Assembly: GCA_965226555.1 (NCBI GenBank)
Contig: CBDDDG010000014.1
Coordinates: 64,001-128,000, forward strand
Direction of reading: 5' to 3'
Source of the DNA: Salinispira sp.
GTDB lineage: Bacteria > Spirochaetota > Spirochaetia > DSM-27196 > Salinispiraceae
Length of the DNA stretch: 64,000 nucleotides
Shown here: piece after piece, positions 53,256-62,724 of the stretch
How the letters are laid out: the number at the start of each line of letters is the position of its first letter
Numbering within the stretch: position 1 is the stretch's first letter
Notes under the pieces: generated by a model
Told to the model about the DNA's origin: nothing
The model's input: only the letters and a program-made list of their open reading frames with translations
Database searches by the model: none
Program-made: the position numbers and the translations under genes

Positions 53256-53849
53256 ATGGCCCATATCAAACTGACAAAGAATGAACTGAAAAAACAAAAA
53301 GATTCTCTCAAACGTTTTCTTCGGTATTTGCCCACGCTGCAGTTGAAAAAACAGCAGCTGCAAATGGTTCTGAGGTCTATTGAGCAGAAGCAGGCCGTTG
53401 TTCGGGAGAAGCTGCAAAATCTGCAGGAGGGCTTAGATACCTGGGTTGCCCTTTTTGCGGATCAACAGGATGTTTCCAATTATCTCTCCATTCAGGAAGT
53501 CCGGGTATTAGTAACAAACATTGCCGGTACCGACATTCCTGTTTTTGAAGGAATTAATTTTCATATTGAACCCTACGATTTATTTTCAACTCCTCTCTGG
53601 GTAGATTCGGGAATTGAATGTATGCAAAATTCCATAGGTCTGGAAATTGAACTGAAGGTACTCGAGGAACAATATCGGCGAATAGCTCAGGAACTCAAAA
53701 TTACTTCTCAGCGGGTAAATCTTTTTGAGAAAGTGAAAATTCCTGAGACCAGAGAATACATACGCGCCATTCAAATTTATCTTGGCGATCAGCAAACTGC
53801 CGCCGTTGTCCGCGGCAAAATTGCCAAGAGCAAAGTTGCCCAGGGGTAG
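53256..53849 (+). CDS. atpD: V-type ATP synthase subunit D
   Basis: TKNELK, LPTLQLKK, QRVNLFEKVKIP. Confidence 0.95.
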   Translation: MAHIKLTKNELKKQKDSLKRFLRYLPTLQLKKQQLQMVLRSIEQKQAVVREKLQNLQEGLDTWVALFADQQDVSNYLSIQEVRVLVTNIAGTDIPVFEGINFHIEPYDLFSTPLWVDSGIECMQNSIGLEIELKVLEEQYRRIAQELKITSQRVNLFEKVKIPETREYIRAIQIYLGDQQTAAVVRGKIAKSKVAQG

Positions 53850-53854
53850 GACCT

Positions 53855-55771
53855 ATGATTGTTTCCATGAAGAAAATCCGTATTCTTTCACGCGCATCCC
53901 GAAAAGAGGAGCTGATAGTTTCCCTCAGAAACCTAGGAGTACTCCATCCGGTAACCCGGGAAAAATCAAATGAATCTCTTGAAAAACTTAGAGAGAAGGT
54001 TGCCATGGTGAAAGGTGCCATTCGGGCAATTCCTGATAGCGGCGGCGCTCGCGCATCCAGCGGCTCCATCTCCAGCGGCAGAGCCGGTAAAAAAACCAGC
54101 GCCGCCGATGCCGCTGCCATTCCCGAAGCGCGGCAGAATGTCTCACATAATCCTGCCGAACTCGCGCAGCACATTATCAAAAAAGAAGAAACCCTCAGAG
54201 AACGGGAAAGCGAACTCCATACACTGCACAAGGAAATTGCGCGAATAGAGGAATGGGGAAATTTTGATCCTGACCTCATGCGTGCTCTTTCTCAGAATTC
54301 AGGGCTTCATCTTTCACTGGCCATAGTGAAGGCAGATGAACTCACGCGCATTCCAGCGGATGTTTCATATATCATTCTCAGCAGGAAAAAACATACCTGC
54401 CGTCTTCTTCTCCTCGGAGACCCTCATACACTCAATTTCGATGTCCTGAATCTGCCCGAACATTCACTCCGGGAACTTCTCAGAAGGGAAGAAAAAATTT
54501 CCATGAAATATTCAAAACTGCAGGAGGAAATGGCAGAATTTCAGGCAGGGAAGAAAATGCTCAGGAGGTATCAGTACTCCCTCGAAAAGGATATTGAGTT
54601 CAGCGCTGTTCAGGCAAATATGGAAACCTGCAATGAATTGCCGACAATTGTTACCATTGAGGGTTTTATTCCTGTTTCCCACATAGAAAAATTCCAATCG
54701 CTTGCTTCAGAGCAGGGTATTGCCTTCACCATTGAAGACCCGGACATTGACGATACCGTTCCGACACTCATCAGGAACCCCCGCGCAGTGTGTATTTCCG
54801 AACCAATTTTCACCTTTATGGATACATTACCCGGTTATCGGGAGCATGACATTTCGTTCTGGTTTCTCCTGTTTTTTTCACTATTTTTTGCCATGATTAT
54901 TGGCGATGCGGGATACGGCGCGCTGCTCAGTGTTGTTTCGGCAGGCGCAATACTATCTGCGCGGATACGGCGCCGGCCGGTGTCGAATGTGCTCATTTTG
55001 TTTATGACACTCGGTGTGAGCACGATTCTCTGGGGGGCTGCAAGCGGTAATTGGTTTGGATACGCGCCCATTGGAGACATTCCCTTCTTTGCGCAGTTTA
55101 TCATTCCGCAGCTCGATGCCTTTGCCGAGGGAACACTGGCGGATACAGTTGTTGAAACCCTTCTTGTGTTTTGTTTTAGTTTGGGAATAGTTCATCTCCT
55201 CCTTGCGCATACACTGGCTTTTCTGAAAAAACTGCGTGAGGATCCCCGCATTCATGCCTTTGCCGATGTCGGTTGGAGTTCCACATTAATAGGATTATAC
55301 TTTTTTGTTTTGAACCTAGTTGTCAGCGCCGAAAAATTTCCTGTTCCGCCGGTAACCCTTCCGCTCATATTCGGAGGATTAATTGTTGTCATACTCTTTG
55401 CAGGACAGGAAGGAGACGGTTTCTTTCGCGGAGTACTGAGAACACTCAACATTGGGAATCTCATCTACACAGCTCTCACAGCCATTAGTTCCTTTGCCGA
55501 TATTATTTCGTATATCAGGCTTTTTGCTGTTGGACTTGCTTCAGTTGAAATTGCACGAAGCTTTAATAATATGGCGGAAGGAATTATGCAGTCCGGCGGT
55601 GCGGTAGGAACAATACTCGGTATTGTTGTATTATGTATCGGGCACAGCCTGAACCTTGTTATGGGCGGGCTCTCTGTGCTGGTACATGGTTTGCGCCTGA
55701 AAATGCTGGAGTTTTCAGGGCATCTTGGTAATGAATGGACGGGGTTTGCCTATAAACCCTTTAGAAATTAA
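53855..55771 (+). CDS. atpI: V-type ATP synthase subunit I
   Basis: MIVSMKK, FFAMIIGDAGYG, DIISYIRLFAVGLA, VHGLRL..LEF. Confidence 0.94.
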   Translation: MIVSMKKIRILSRASRKEELIVSLRNLGVLHPVTREKSNESLEKLREKVAMVKGAIRAIPDSGGARASSGSISSGRAGKKTSAADAAAIPEARQNVSHNPAELAQHIIKKEETLRERESELHTLHKEIARIEEWGNFDPDLMRALSQNSGLHLSLAIVKADELTRIPADVSYIILSRKKHTCRLLLLGDPHTLNFDVLNLPEHSLRELLRREEKISMKYSKLQEEMAEFQAGKKMLRRYQYSLEKDIEFSAVQANMETCNELPTIVTIEGFIPVSHIEKFQSLASEQGIAFTIEDPDIDDTVPTLIRNPRAVCISEPIFTFMDTLPGYREHDISFWFLLFFSLFFAMIIGDAGYGALLSVVSAGAILSARIRRRPVSNVLILFMTLGVSTILWGAASGNWFGYAPIGDIPFFAQFIIPQLDAFAEGTLADTVVETLLVFCFSLGIVHLLLAHTLAFLKKLREDPRIHAFADVGWSSTLIGLYFFVLNLVVSAEKFPVPPVTLPLIFGGLIVVILFAGQEGDGFFRGVLRTLNIGNLIYTALTAISSFADIISYIRLFAVGLASVEIARSFNNMAEGIMQSGGAVGTILGIVVLCIGHSLNLVMGGLSVLVHGLRLKMLEFSGHLGNEWTGFAYKPFRN

Positions 55772-55773
55772 CA

Positions 55774-55827
55774 GAAACTTTTGCTACTGGAAATTGTGCA
55801 CGCACAATTTTCCAATGCAAAAGATTC
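55774..55827. repeat. AT-rich palindromic element inside the V-ATPase operon
   Basis: GAAACTTTTGCTACTGGAAATTGTGCACGCACAATTTTCCAATGCAAAAGATTC. Confidence 0.85.
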
Positions 55828-55874
55828 TAACAGAAACTGAAAAAATTCATAGAAGAATTTTGCAGGAGGATATT

Positions 55875-56309
55875 ATGGATATTGGAATGGTCGGCAGTAT
55901 TGCCGCTTTCACACTTGCGGCCCTGGGTTCAGCTCTCGGAATTGGCGCAGCGGCTATGGCGGCAGTTGGAGCTTGGAAAAAATGTTATATCCAAAACAAG
56001 CCAGTGCCGTTTTTACTCATGGCCTTTATCGGAGCGCCCCTGACGCAGACAATCTACGGTCTCATTCTCATGGGAAACATCCGTACTGCCGTTGAGGGGG
56101 GAAGCACCGATCCGCTGTTTGCGCTTTTCACGGGCATTCTCAGCGGTGTTGCCATTGGGGCATCGGCTTTCTATCAGGGCAGGGCAGGCGCGAATGCCTC
56201 AGATGCCTTTGCGGAAACCGGAAAGGGCTTTGTCAATTATATTCTGGCTCTCGGGTCGGTTGAGGTAGTTGCGCTCTTTGTCTTTATATTTGCCAGTTTG
56301 CAATTATAA
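55875..56309 (+). CDS. atpK: V-type ATP synthase subunit K (proteolipid)
   Basis: GSALGIG, PLTQTIYG, SAFYQG, VEVVALF; AGGAGG SD. Confidence 0.93.
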   Translation: MDIGMVGSIAAFTLAALGSALGIGAAAMAAVGAWKKCYIQNKPVPFLLMAFIGAPLTQTIYGLILMGNIRTAVEGGSTDPLFALFTGILSGVAIGASAFYQGRAGANASDAFAETGKGFVNYILALGSVEVVALFVFIFASLQL

Positions 56310-56322
56310 ACAGGAGTTGCGC

Positions 56323-57825
56323 ATGTATGGTAAGCGAACGTTTCTATTAGTTTTTATATTTTGCGCTACTATCATTTTTGCGCAGGAAGTTGATGTTGAA
56401 GAACTTGAGCGCAGCATTACCGACACGGTCAATTTCATTAATTACAGCGGTGTTCATACAGGAATTATTGATAGTCTTGACGCTATTCGGGGAATAGGAA
56501 GGCAACTTGGGGCTGAAATCGCTCATAATGAAAGCCTGAGCTATGCCGGGAAATATCGGATAACCCATATCCTCCCCTCCGATAATCGTCAACGCGGAGC
56601 CGATGTTTTTGAGCTGCTCCCCGGGGCGCGCATCGATCATATTGATAATCTCCGCATAGTTATTTCGGCATATCTGAGTGCCCGCTACGCCTACTCTCCC
56701 GAAGATTCGCGTCTGCTTGGAAGATTAATTACCATATACAATGCGGTATACAGGAACAATATTGATTTCTTTGCAGAACATTATGCCGAAGAAGTATTCA
56801 CTGTTCTCAATGAGACAAAGGTTGGGCTTTCACTTACCTATCGTGAATGGGCGGGAGAATCTCAGATCATTATTCCCATTAACCTCAATGCTGCGGCCGA
56901 TAATCTCTCTTCCGTGCCTGCCGATGAATTATTAAGCGATGCAGTTGAGGAAACGCTCCGATCGTCTGAAAATCTGGGTATTGAAGACCGCATTGAGGCT
57001 ATTGATCTTATTGACCGCGCTGTGGATGAGGGACGTACCCAAATAGAGGAAGAACGCGAGCGTATTGCTTCCCGGCAGGAAGATCTCCTCAGGGAAAGTG
57101 AAAACCTCCGGCAGCGTGACGAAGCCTCCTCTGTGAGTCCTGAGCGCGAAGCTGCGGAAAGCGATGGTGAGCGCCAAACAGAACAACAGGCAGAACAACA
57201 GGCAGAAATTCGACAGGAACAACAGGAGCTTGCCGCTCAGCAGGATGAAAATGAGAAGCGGCAGTCTGCGCTTGACCGCGCGAGCGAGCGTTCGAGCGAA
57301 ATTCGAAGATCGGTGGCCGATGATGTCGGAGCATTATCACCTGAGACAGCTCCCGATATTGTTCTCTTTACCCGAAATCGCCTTTCCGGAAATTCGCTGT
57401 CGGCGCGCATTGTTACCATCGATCTCAATACCGGGAATGTTGTTCAAAGTACCCGGCAGGAAATTATCGGGAGCAATTTCCTCAATACCCGCAATGGTCT
57501 TCTGGCAATAGGCAATGTGGAGGGAACGGCGCGGTTTATTCTTTTTGACCCCTCCGATCTTTCTGTTGATTTGCGTGGTGATGCCGAGATGAGCCGGTAT
57601 TCTCCCATTATCGCCGGAGCGAATGGAGGAATTTACGCGATTACCCGAGTCGACAGTCAGTGGTACCTTGGATATTTTGACATTTCTCTGAACTTATTGT
57701 TCCATTCCGCTATCCCTGTTGCAGAAGAGAGCGGGCTTGCTATTGACGGTTCCCGGATTATTGTACAGCGCCGCGACGGACGATTTACCGGACTCAGCCT
57801 CACTGATCTCAGGGTCGCGCCTTAA
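56323..57825 (+). CDS. P83/100-family spirochaete protein
   Basis: Signal peptide; FINY.G, I.GIG, GADVF, IDHIDNLR, T.YNAVYR. Confidence 0.8.
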   Translation: MYGKRTFLLVFIFCATIIFAQEVDVEELERSITDTVNFINYSGVHTGIIDSLDAIRGIGRQLGAEIAHNESLSYAGKYRITHILPSDNRQRGADVFELLPGARIDHIDNLRIVISAYLSARYAYSPEDSRLLGRLITIYNAVYRNNIDFFAEHYAEEVFTVLNETKVGLSLTYREWAGESQIIIPINLNAAADNLSSVPADELLSDAVEETLRSSENLGIEDRIEAIDLIDRAVDEGRTQIEEERERIASRQEDLLRESENLRQRDEASSVSPEREAAESDGERQTEQQAEQQAEIRQEQQELAAQQDENEKRQSALDRASERSSEIRRSVADDVGALSPETAPDIVLFTRNRLSGNSLSARIVTIDLNTGNVVQSTRQEIIGSNFLNTRNGLLAIGNVEGTARFILFDPSDLSVDLRGDAEMSRYSPIIAGANGGIYAITRVDSQWYLGYFDISLNLLFHSAIPVAEESGLAIDGSRIIVQRRDGRFTGLSLTDLRVAP

Positions 57826-60668
57826 TCAAGATACGGATTCGTATTTTCATTTTCCGTAGCCTGTTCCGGTGATAGTATGATATCTTGATTGTTGTCGGTG
57901 TTGCTATCGGCGCTGCCAGTTGTTTCGCCGGTGTCGGTATTGCTGGCATCGGCATCGGTGTTGCCGATGCTGTCGGTATTGCTGGCATCGGCATCGGTGT
58001 TGCCGATGTTGACGCTGCTGTCGGTATTGCTGGCATCGCTATCGGCGCTGCCGGTTGTTTCGCCGGTGTCATCAATAAGCGGGTTTCCCTGAGCCGAAGC
58101 AAGTTCAAAATTGTTTCTGGTTTGTGCGGGGGCGGCAGGCTGCAGTTCAAAGGCACGATCCAGTTCAAAGTCGAAGTCAATATCAAGTTCGAGATTGAGA
58201 TCGATGTTCATATTGTTAATCTGATTATCCGGCTGATCATCTGGGAAGGTATTTTGATTATTGAAGGTATTGAGTCCTCCCGTAAGGAGATTCTGTTCAA
58301 GCCGGAGTATTCCTAGTTGGGTTATTTCTGCCTGAAAAATATCATTTTCATCAAATTCCCGCGGTTCGGTGCCAGTTCGGAAAATTTCGGTATAGGTTTT
58401 CCCTTGGTAACCTGCCGGAGGTAATAGCCCGTTTTTTCTGGTTACTTCACGTTCTACAAGCCCGCTGGATGGCCGTGTGAACTTTATTGGTTCAAGATTC
58501 TCATGAACTGCCTTCATGTAACGCGCCCAAATTGGCCCTGCGGTAAGGGCTCCAGTTTGATTTACTCCCAGAGAATTACTTCCCTCATCGAAGCCGATCC
58601 ATATAGCCGTTGTATAATAGGGGCTGAAGCCGACTGTCCAGATGGCTGACCAATTTTGTGTGGTTCCGGTTTTTCCCGCCATCGGCATATCTCCAAAACC
58701 ATTGACCAGACTGGTTGGATAACGGAGTGTGCCTTCCGAAATAGTTGTTTGCAGCATGTTCGTCATAATGTATGCGGTTTGCGGGCTGAGAAGCTGAAGT
58801 TCCCTGCTTTTTCGCGCCTGCTCTTCCCGAAGTTTCTTTTCCGGTTCGGCAACAATACGCCCATCGCGGTCTTCAATATAGGTAATAAAAACCGGAGTTG
58901 TTCTCTTTCCGCCGTTTGGAAAGGTTGCAAAGGCCTGAGCCATCATTATTGGTGAAACAGCAATAACTCCGAGTCCAATGGGATATTTACGAACAAGTCC
59001 TCTGCTTATTTGTTCTTTTTCCGGTATTCCAAGAAGCGCCGATGTAATATCAATGGCATCAATAAAACCAAGACGGTTGAGAACACGAAGAGAGGGAACA
59101 TTCATACTTCTTGCAAGTGAGTAGCGGACGAGAACCTCTCCCTGCCATTCCCCTCGGTAGTTTGTCGGAGTGTAGGATGTGCCGTCATCATTCCAGAAAA
59201 CAACAGGACTGTCATATATCATTGTTGCAGGCGTAACAATTTCCTTTTCTATCGCCGCAGCATAATACAGAGGTTTGAAAGAACTGCCCGGCTGCACTCG
59301 CGCGCTGAGCGCGCGGTTGAGTTGGTTAATTTGCTCAAACTTACTGCCGCCAATCATCGCAAGAACCCTGCCGGTTTCATTTTCAAGAGAAATGAGGGCG
59401 CCTTCCACGGTTGTACGCTTTATGGCATCTTCTTCGTTTTTATAAGAAGTTATAACGACATCCCGCAAACCGCCAGTATTTGTATTCTCACTCATAAACG
59501 TAAGCATGTCGAGAAGGGGGTTCAAATTCTTATTAAAGTACCGTTGCGCATCCTGCTGCTTTCTATTTCCGCTGACCAGCAGCTGATCCATATCAAAATT
59601 GAGTCCCAGAAGATTAATAACAGGAACAAAAACCTCTGTTGCAATGTTTGCCCGCCGTGAAATGTTACGTTCATACATATCATTGGCCGAGTTAATTCCG
59701 GCCTGAAGATATTCCTGAGCGAATTGTTGATGATCAAGATCAATAGTTGTATATACTCGGTAACCGTCGCGGTAAATGTTTGCGCTGCCAAGAAGAATCT
59801 CATTTTCAAGCAGGTAACGTATGTGTTCGCTGAAATAGGGAGCCTTGTCCTCGCGTTCAAAGAAGGCTGTGGTTGATCCTGAGCGGGTATAGTCGTAGTT
59901 TTGCCAGAATTTTTCGAATGAGGTATCTACTTCTTCCTGAGTTGCATACCCGAGGCTAACCATTTCATTGAGCATTATCCGCTGGCGCTCCCGCGATTGA
60001 TTCGGATTTTTCAGGGGGCTGTACTTTGTCGTACTGGAAAGTTGAAGGGCAAGCATCATACTTTCGGCGATCGTTACCTCTCTTACCGAATGTCCGAAGA
60101 AAAAATCGCTTGCAGCCTCTACGCCGTAGGTATTGTGTCCGAACCACGATTTATTCAGATATTCCTCAAGTATTTCATTTTTTGACCAGTTTCGTTCCAG
60201 CTGAAGAGCTACCCACATCTCCCTAAGTTTTCGTGATATTGTGATATCACTTTTATCGAAATAGAGCATGGTGGCAAGCTGTTGGGTAATTGTCGATCCT
60301 CCGCCTGAAAAGTTACCGGTGAGATACCCAATGGCTGCCCGAACTGTCCCGCGGATGCTTATTCCTTTGTGATCAAAGAAATTTTTATCTTCCCGGGTAA
60401 TAACTGCGTACACAAGATGCAGAGGAATTTCCTCAATGGATATGAGTTCTCTTTTTTCATCGGAGAAAAATTCAGTAACAAGGCGCCCCTTCCGATCAAA
60501 AATCTGAGTAGGGAGAGATATCTCCGATTCATCGAAATTCCGGAGATCAGTGAGATTCTGAGTTGAAGCTATCGCAATTCCAATGACAATTGCAAAGAAA
60601 AGAAAGCATAGCGCCGCAATTCCGCTCACTATTATAAGAATAATTTTTGCTTTATCAGATACATGCAT
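57822..60668 (-). CDS. Class A penicillin-binding protein (PBP1A) with a repetitive acidic tail
   Basis: EDKNF..H.G, GGSTITQQ, RKLRE, SSFK, SMN, KTGT. Confidence 0.95.
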   Translation of the reverse strand: MHVSDKAKIILIIVSGIAALCFLFFAIVIGIAIASTQNLTDLRNFDESEISLPTQIFDRKGRLVTEFFSDEKRELISIEEIPLHLVYAVITREDKNFFDHKGISIRGTVRAAIGYLTGNFSGGGSTITQQLATMLYFDKSDITISRKLREMWVALQLERNWSKNEILEEYLNKSWFGHNTYGVEAASDFFFGHSVREVTIAESMMLALQLSSTTKYSPLKNPNQSRERQRIMLNEMVSLGYATQEEVDTSFEKFWQNYDYTRSGSTTAFFEREDKAPYFSEHIRYLLENEILLGSANIYRDGYRVYTTIDLDHQQFAQEYLQAGINSANDMYERNISRRANIATEVFVPVINLLGLNFDMDQLLVSGNRKQQDAQRYFNKNLNPLLDMLTFMSENTNTGGLRDVVITSYKNEEDAIKRTTVEGALISLENETGRVLAMIGGSKFEQINQLNRALSARVQPGSSFKPLYYAAAIEKEIVTPATMIYDSPVVFWNDDGTSYTPTNYRGEWQGEVLVRYSLARSMNVPSLRVLNRLGFIDAIDITSALLGIPEKEQISRGLVRKYPIGLGVIAVSPIMMAQAFATFPNGGKRTTPVFITYIEDRDGRIVAEPEKKLREEQARKSRELQLLSPQTAYIMTNMLQTTISEGTLRYPTSLVNGFGDMPMAGKTGTTQNWSAIWTVGFSPYYTTAIWIGFDEGSNSLGVNQTGALTAGPIWARYMKAVHENLEPIKFTRPSSGLVEREVTRKNGLLPPAGYQGKTYTEIFRTGTEPREFDENDIFQAEITQLGILRLEQNLLTGGLNTFNNQNTFPDDQPDNQINNMNIDLNLELDIDFDFELDRAFELQPAAPAQTRNNFELASAQGNPLIDDTGETTGSADSDASNTDSSVNIGNTDADASNTDSIGNTDADASNTDTGETTGSADSNTDNNQDIILSPEQATENENTNPYLD

Positions 60669-60677
60669 ACGTACTAT

Positions 60678-60706
60678 ATAGTATGAATACAGAAGTTTTT
60701 AGTCAA
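60678..60706 (-). promoter_or_regulatory. Sigma70-type promoter of PBP1A
   Basis: TTGACT-N17-TACTAT on the minus strand. Confidence 0.6.
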
Positions 60707-60761
60707 TTACAAAGTTTTGCAGAATGCAAAAGTTAATTATATATTGCGACAGATCGAATAC

Positions 60762-60853
60762 AAAAAAAGGCCGGTCCAATGAACCGGCCTACCCATGTAG
60801 GGGTCAACCGTTATATATAGTAAACTGGGAGGGGAACTATACTCCGGCTGACA
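60762..60853 (-). ncRNA. Candidate small RNA (about 92 nt) with a C-rich loop
   Basis: TTAACC-N17-GATAAT promoter, TATAGT/ACTATA stem around CCCCTCCC, AGGCCGGT/ACCGGCCT terminator with T run, no ORF. Confidence 0.55.
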
Positions 60854-60948
60854 AGTATATTATCGTAAATTTATGAACGAAGGTTAATACAAAGTTTTGC
60901 CTGATGCAAAACTTTGTATTAATCGGCGCATAAAGGGGGAGGGGCAGC

Positions 60949-62418
60949 ATGCAGGCTACCATACAAAACCGGACAATTTTCTGCAGCGACAATCTTCATA
61001 TCCTCAAAGGAATAGATACCGAAACCATCGACCTCATCTATCTCGATCCGCCATTCAATAAAAAGAAAGAATTCACCGCGCCGGTCAAAAGCTCTGCCGA
61101 GGGAGCGTCATTTTCCGATATTTTTCGTCAGAAAGATATTAAGGAAGAGTGGATACAAACAATAGCGGAAGATAACACGGCGCTATATGAATTGCTGAAC
61201 TTTGCCCGAAAGGCCGAAGGCCGTACCAGTTATAACTTTTGCTACCTTGCCTACATGGCCATTCGGCTATTACACATACACCGCGTGTTAAAACCTGCGG
61301 GGAGCGTTTATCTGCACTGCGATTCGACCATGTCTCATTATCTCAAATTAACCATGGATTGCATTTTTGGGGAAAGCAATTTCAGAAATGAAATTATATG
61401 GCAGAGGAACGACAGGCGGGCAAAGGGGAGTCAGCATAGGAGCAAGCGCTTCGGAAACAATACCGACAGCGTGCTGTTTTATGCCAAAAGCGCACTGCAT
61501 GAACTCACTGTCCATAAAAAACTTACAGAAATTGAAAGTGTGGAAAAGTTTAATAAGATAGATGAAACAGGCCGCAAATACTATACGGGCATACCGATAT
61601 TCCGTTCAAAATCGATGGGACCGCGTCCGCATTTATGCTATGAGTGGCGGGGGTTTCGCAATCCGTATCCGAGCGGATGGAGGTTGTCAAAAGAACGGTT
61701 GGAAGAAGAATATGAGAAGGGCAATGTTATTATTCTGGCAGACGGGAACATTGAAAGACGCAAATATGCGGATGAATATGAGGGATATCCCTTAGATAGC
61801 AACTGGACAGATATACCGCGCATAACAGCGGGAAGCGCGGAAAGTGTCGGATACCCAACGCAAAAGCCCGTAGCATTGCTTGAGCGGATAATACAGGCAT
61901 CGTGCCCCGAAAACGGCGTTGTGCTCGATCCCTTCTGCGGCTGCGCAACGACCTGTGTGGCTGCGGAGAAACTCGGCAAGCAGTGGGTGGGGGTCGATGT
62001 TTCAGTAAAGGCCTACGATTTGGTAAGAAAACGTTTACAGAACGAAGTAGAACACAAGGAAGCAATGCCGCTCTATGAACAGGTGTATGATCAACTGGTG
62101 AATTTTGAAACCGATCCGCCAGAACGAACCGACTCAGCAAGAAACAGCGCCGAAGAAAAAAAGTTTGTATACGTTATATCGCATCAAAAATCGCCGGGCG
62201 AATATAAGGTGGGAATTGCGAAGAATTGGAATGCCCGCCTCAATTCATATCAGACTGCCGATCCCGACAGGGCATACAAAATGGAATACACAAAATTAAC
62301 ATCGCACTTCAGGGAAATAGAAAAATATATTCATGAAAAATTCGATAACAAGCACGAATGGGTACGGGGCGAATTAGCCGACATTATTCATGCGATAAAT
62401 ACGTATGAAAGCGGCTGA
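60949..62418 (+). CDS. N6/N4 DNA methyltransferase fused to a GIY-YIG (T5orf172-like) domain
   Basis: YLDPPFN, YPTQKP, DPFCGC; C-terminal FVYVI..YKVGIA..RL..YQT..IEK.IH..EW. Confidence 0.88.
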   Translation: MQATIQNRTIFCSDNLHILKGIDTETIDLIYLDPPFNKKKEFTAPVKSSAEGASFSDIFRQKDIKEEWIQTIAEDNTALYELLNFARKAEGRTSYNFCYLAYMAIRLLHIHRVLKPAGSVYLHCDSTMSHYLKLTMDCIFGESNFRNEIIWQRNDRRAKGSQHRSKRFGNNTDSVLFYAKSALHELTVHKKLTEIESVEKFNKIDETGRKYYTGIPIFRSKSMGPRPHLCYEWRGFRNPYPSGWRLSKERLEEEYEKGNVIILADGNIERRKYADEYEGYPLDSNWTDIPRITAGSAESVGYPTQKPVALLERIIQASCPENGVVLDPFCGCATTCVAAEKLGKQWVGVDVSVKAYDLVRKRLQNEVEHKEAMPLYEQVYDQLVNFETDPPERTDSARNSAEEKKFVYVISHQKSPGEYKVGIAKNWNARLNSYQTADPDRAYKMEYTKLTSHFREIEKYIHEKFDNKHEWVRGELADIIHAINTYESG

Positions 62419-62520
62419 TAATTGTACATTCATAGAAACTTTTGCATTGGAATATAACAACAATTGATTGTCATTGTGGAATGTAGTATAGTCCGATATA
62501 TCTGAAATTTGAGTTGCAGG

Positions 62521-62635
62521 ATGAACTTTGAGTGGGATGAGCAAAAGAATCAAGGGAATAAAAATGAAAAGGGATTTTTCAAAAATGATTGGCCGTAAAA
62601 GCCCATATGCTAAAAAACTCAAAAAACAAATCACT
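62521..62635 (+). pseudogene. Collapsed BrnT/BrnA toxin-antitoxin relic
   Basis: MNFEWDEQKNQGN (BrnT start) runs into MKRDFSKMIGRKSPYAKKLKKQIT (BrnA-like), cut by a palindrome. Confidence 0.75.
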
Positions 62636-62636
62636 A

Positions 62637-62692
62637 GAAACTTTTGCTACTGGAAATTGCGCTTGCGCAATTTTCCAATGCAAAACTTTTGT
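62637..62692. repeat. AT-rich palindromic element
   Basis: GAAACTTTTGCTACTGGAAATTGCGCTTGCGCAATTTTCCAATGCAAAACTTTTG. Confidence 0.85.
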
Positions 62693-62724
62693 ATCTTCCT
62701 GTTTTCAGGTTTGGATTGTCCGCT

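Noticed and set aside
48962..56309. V-ATPase operon lacking F/G subunits
   Set aside because: Usual layout for the spirochaete/chlamydial type
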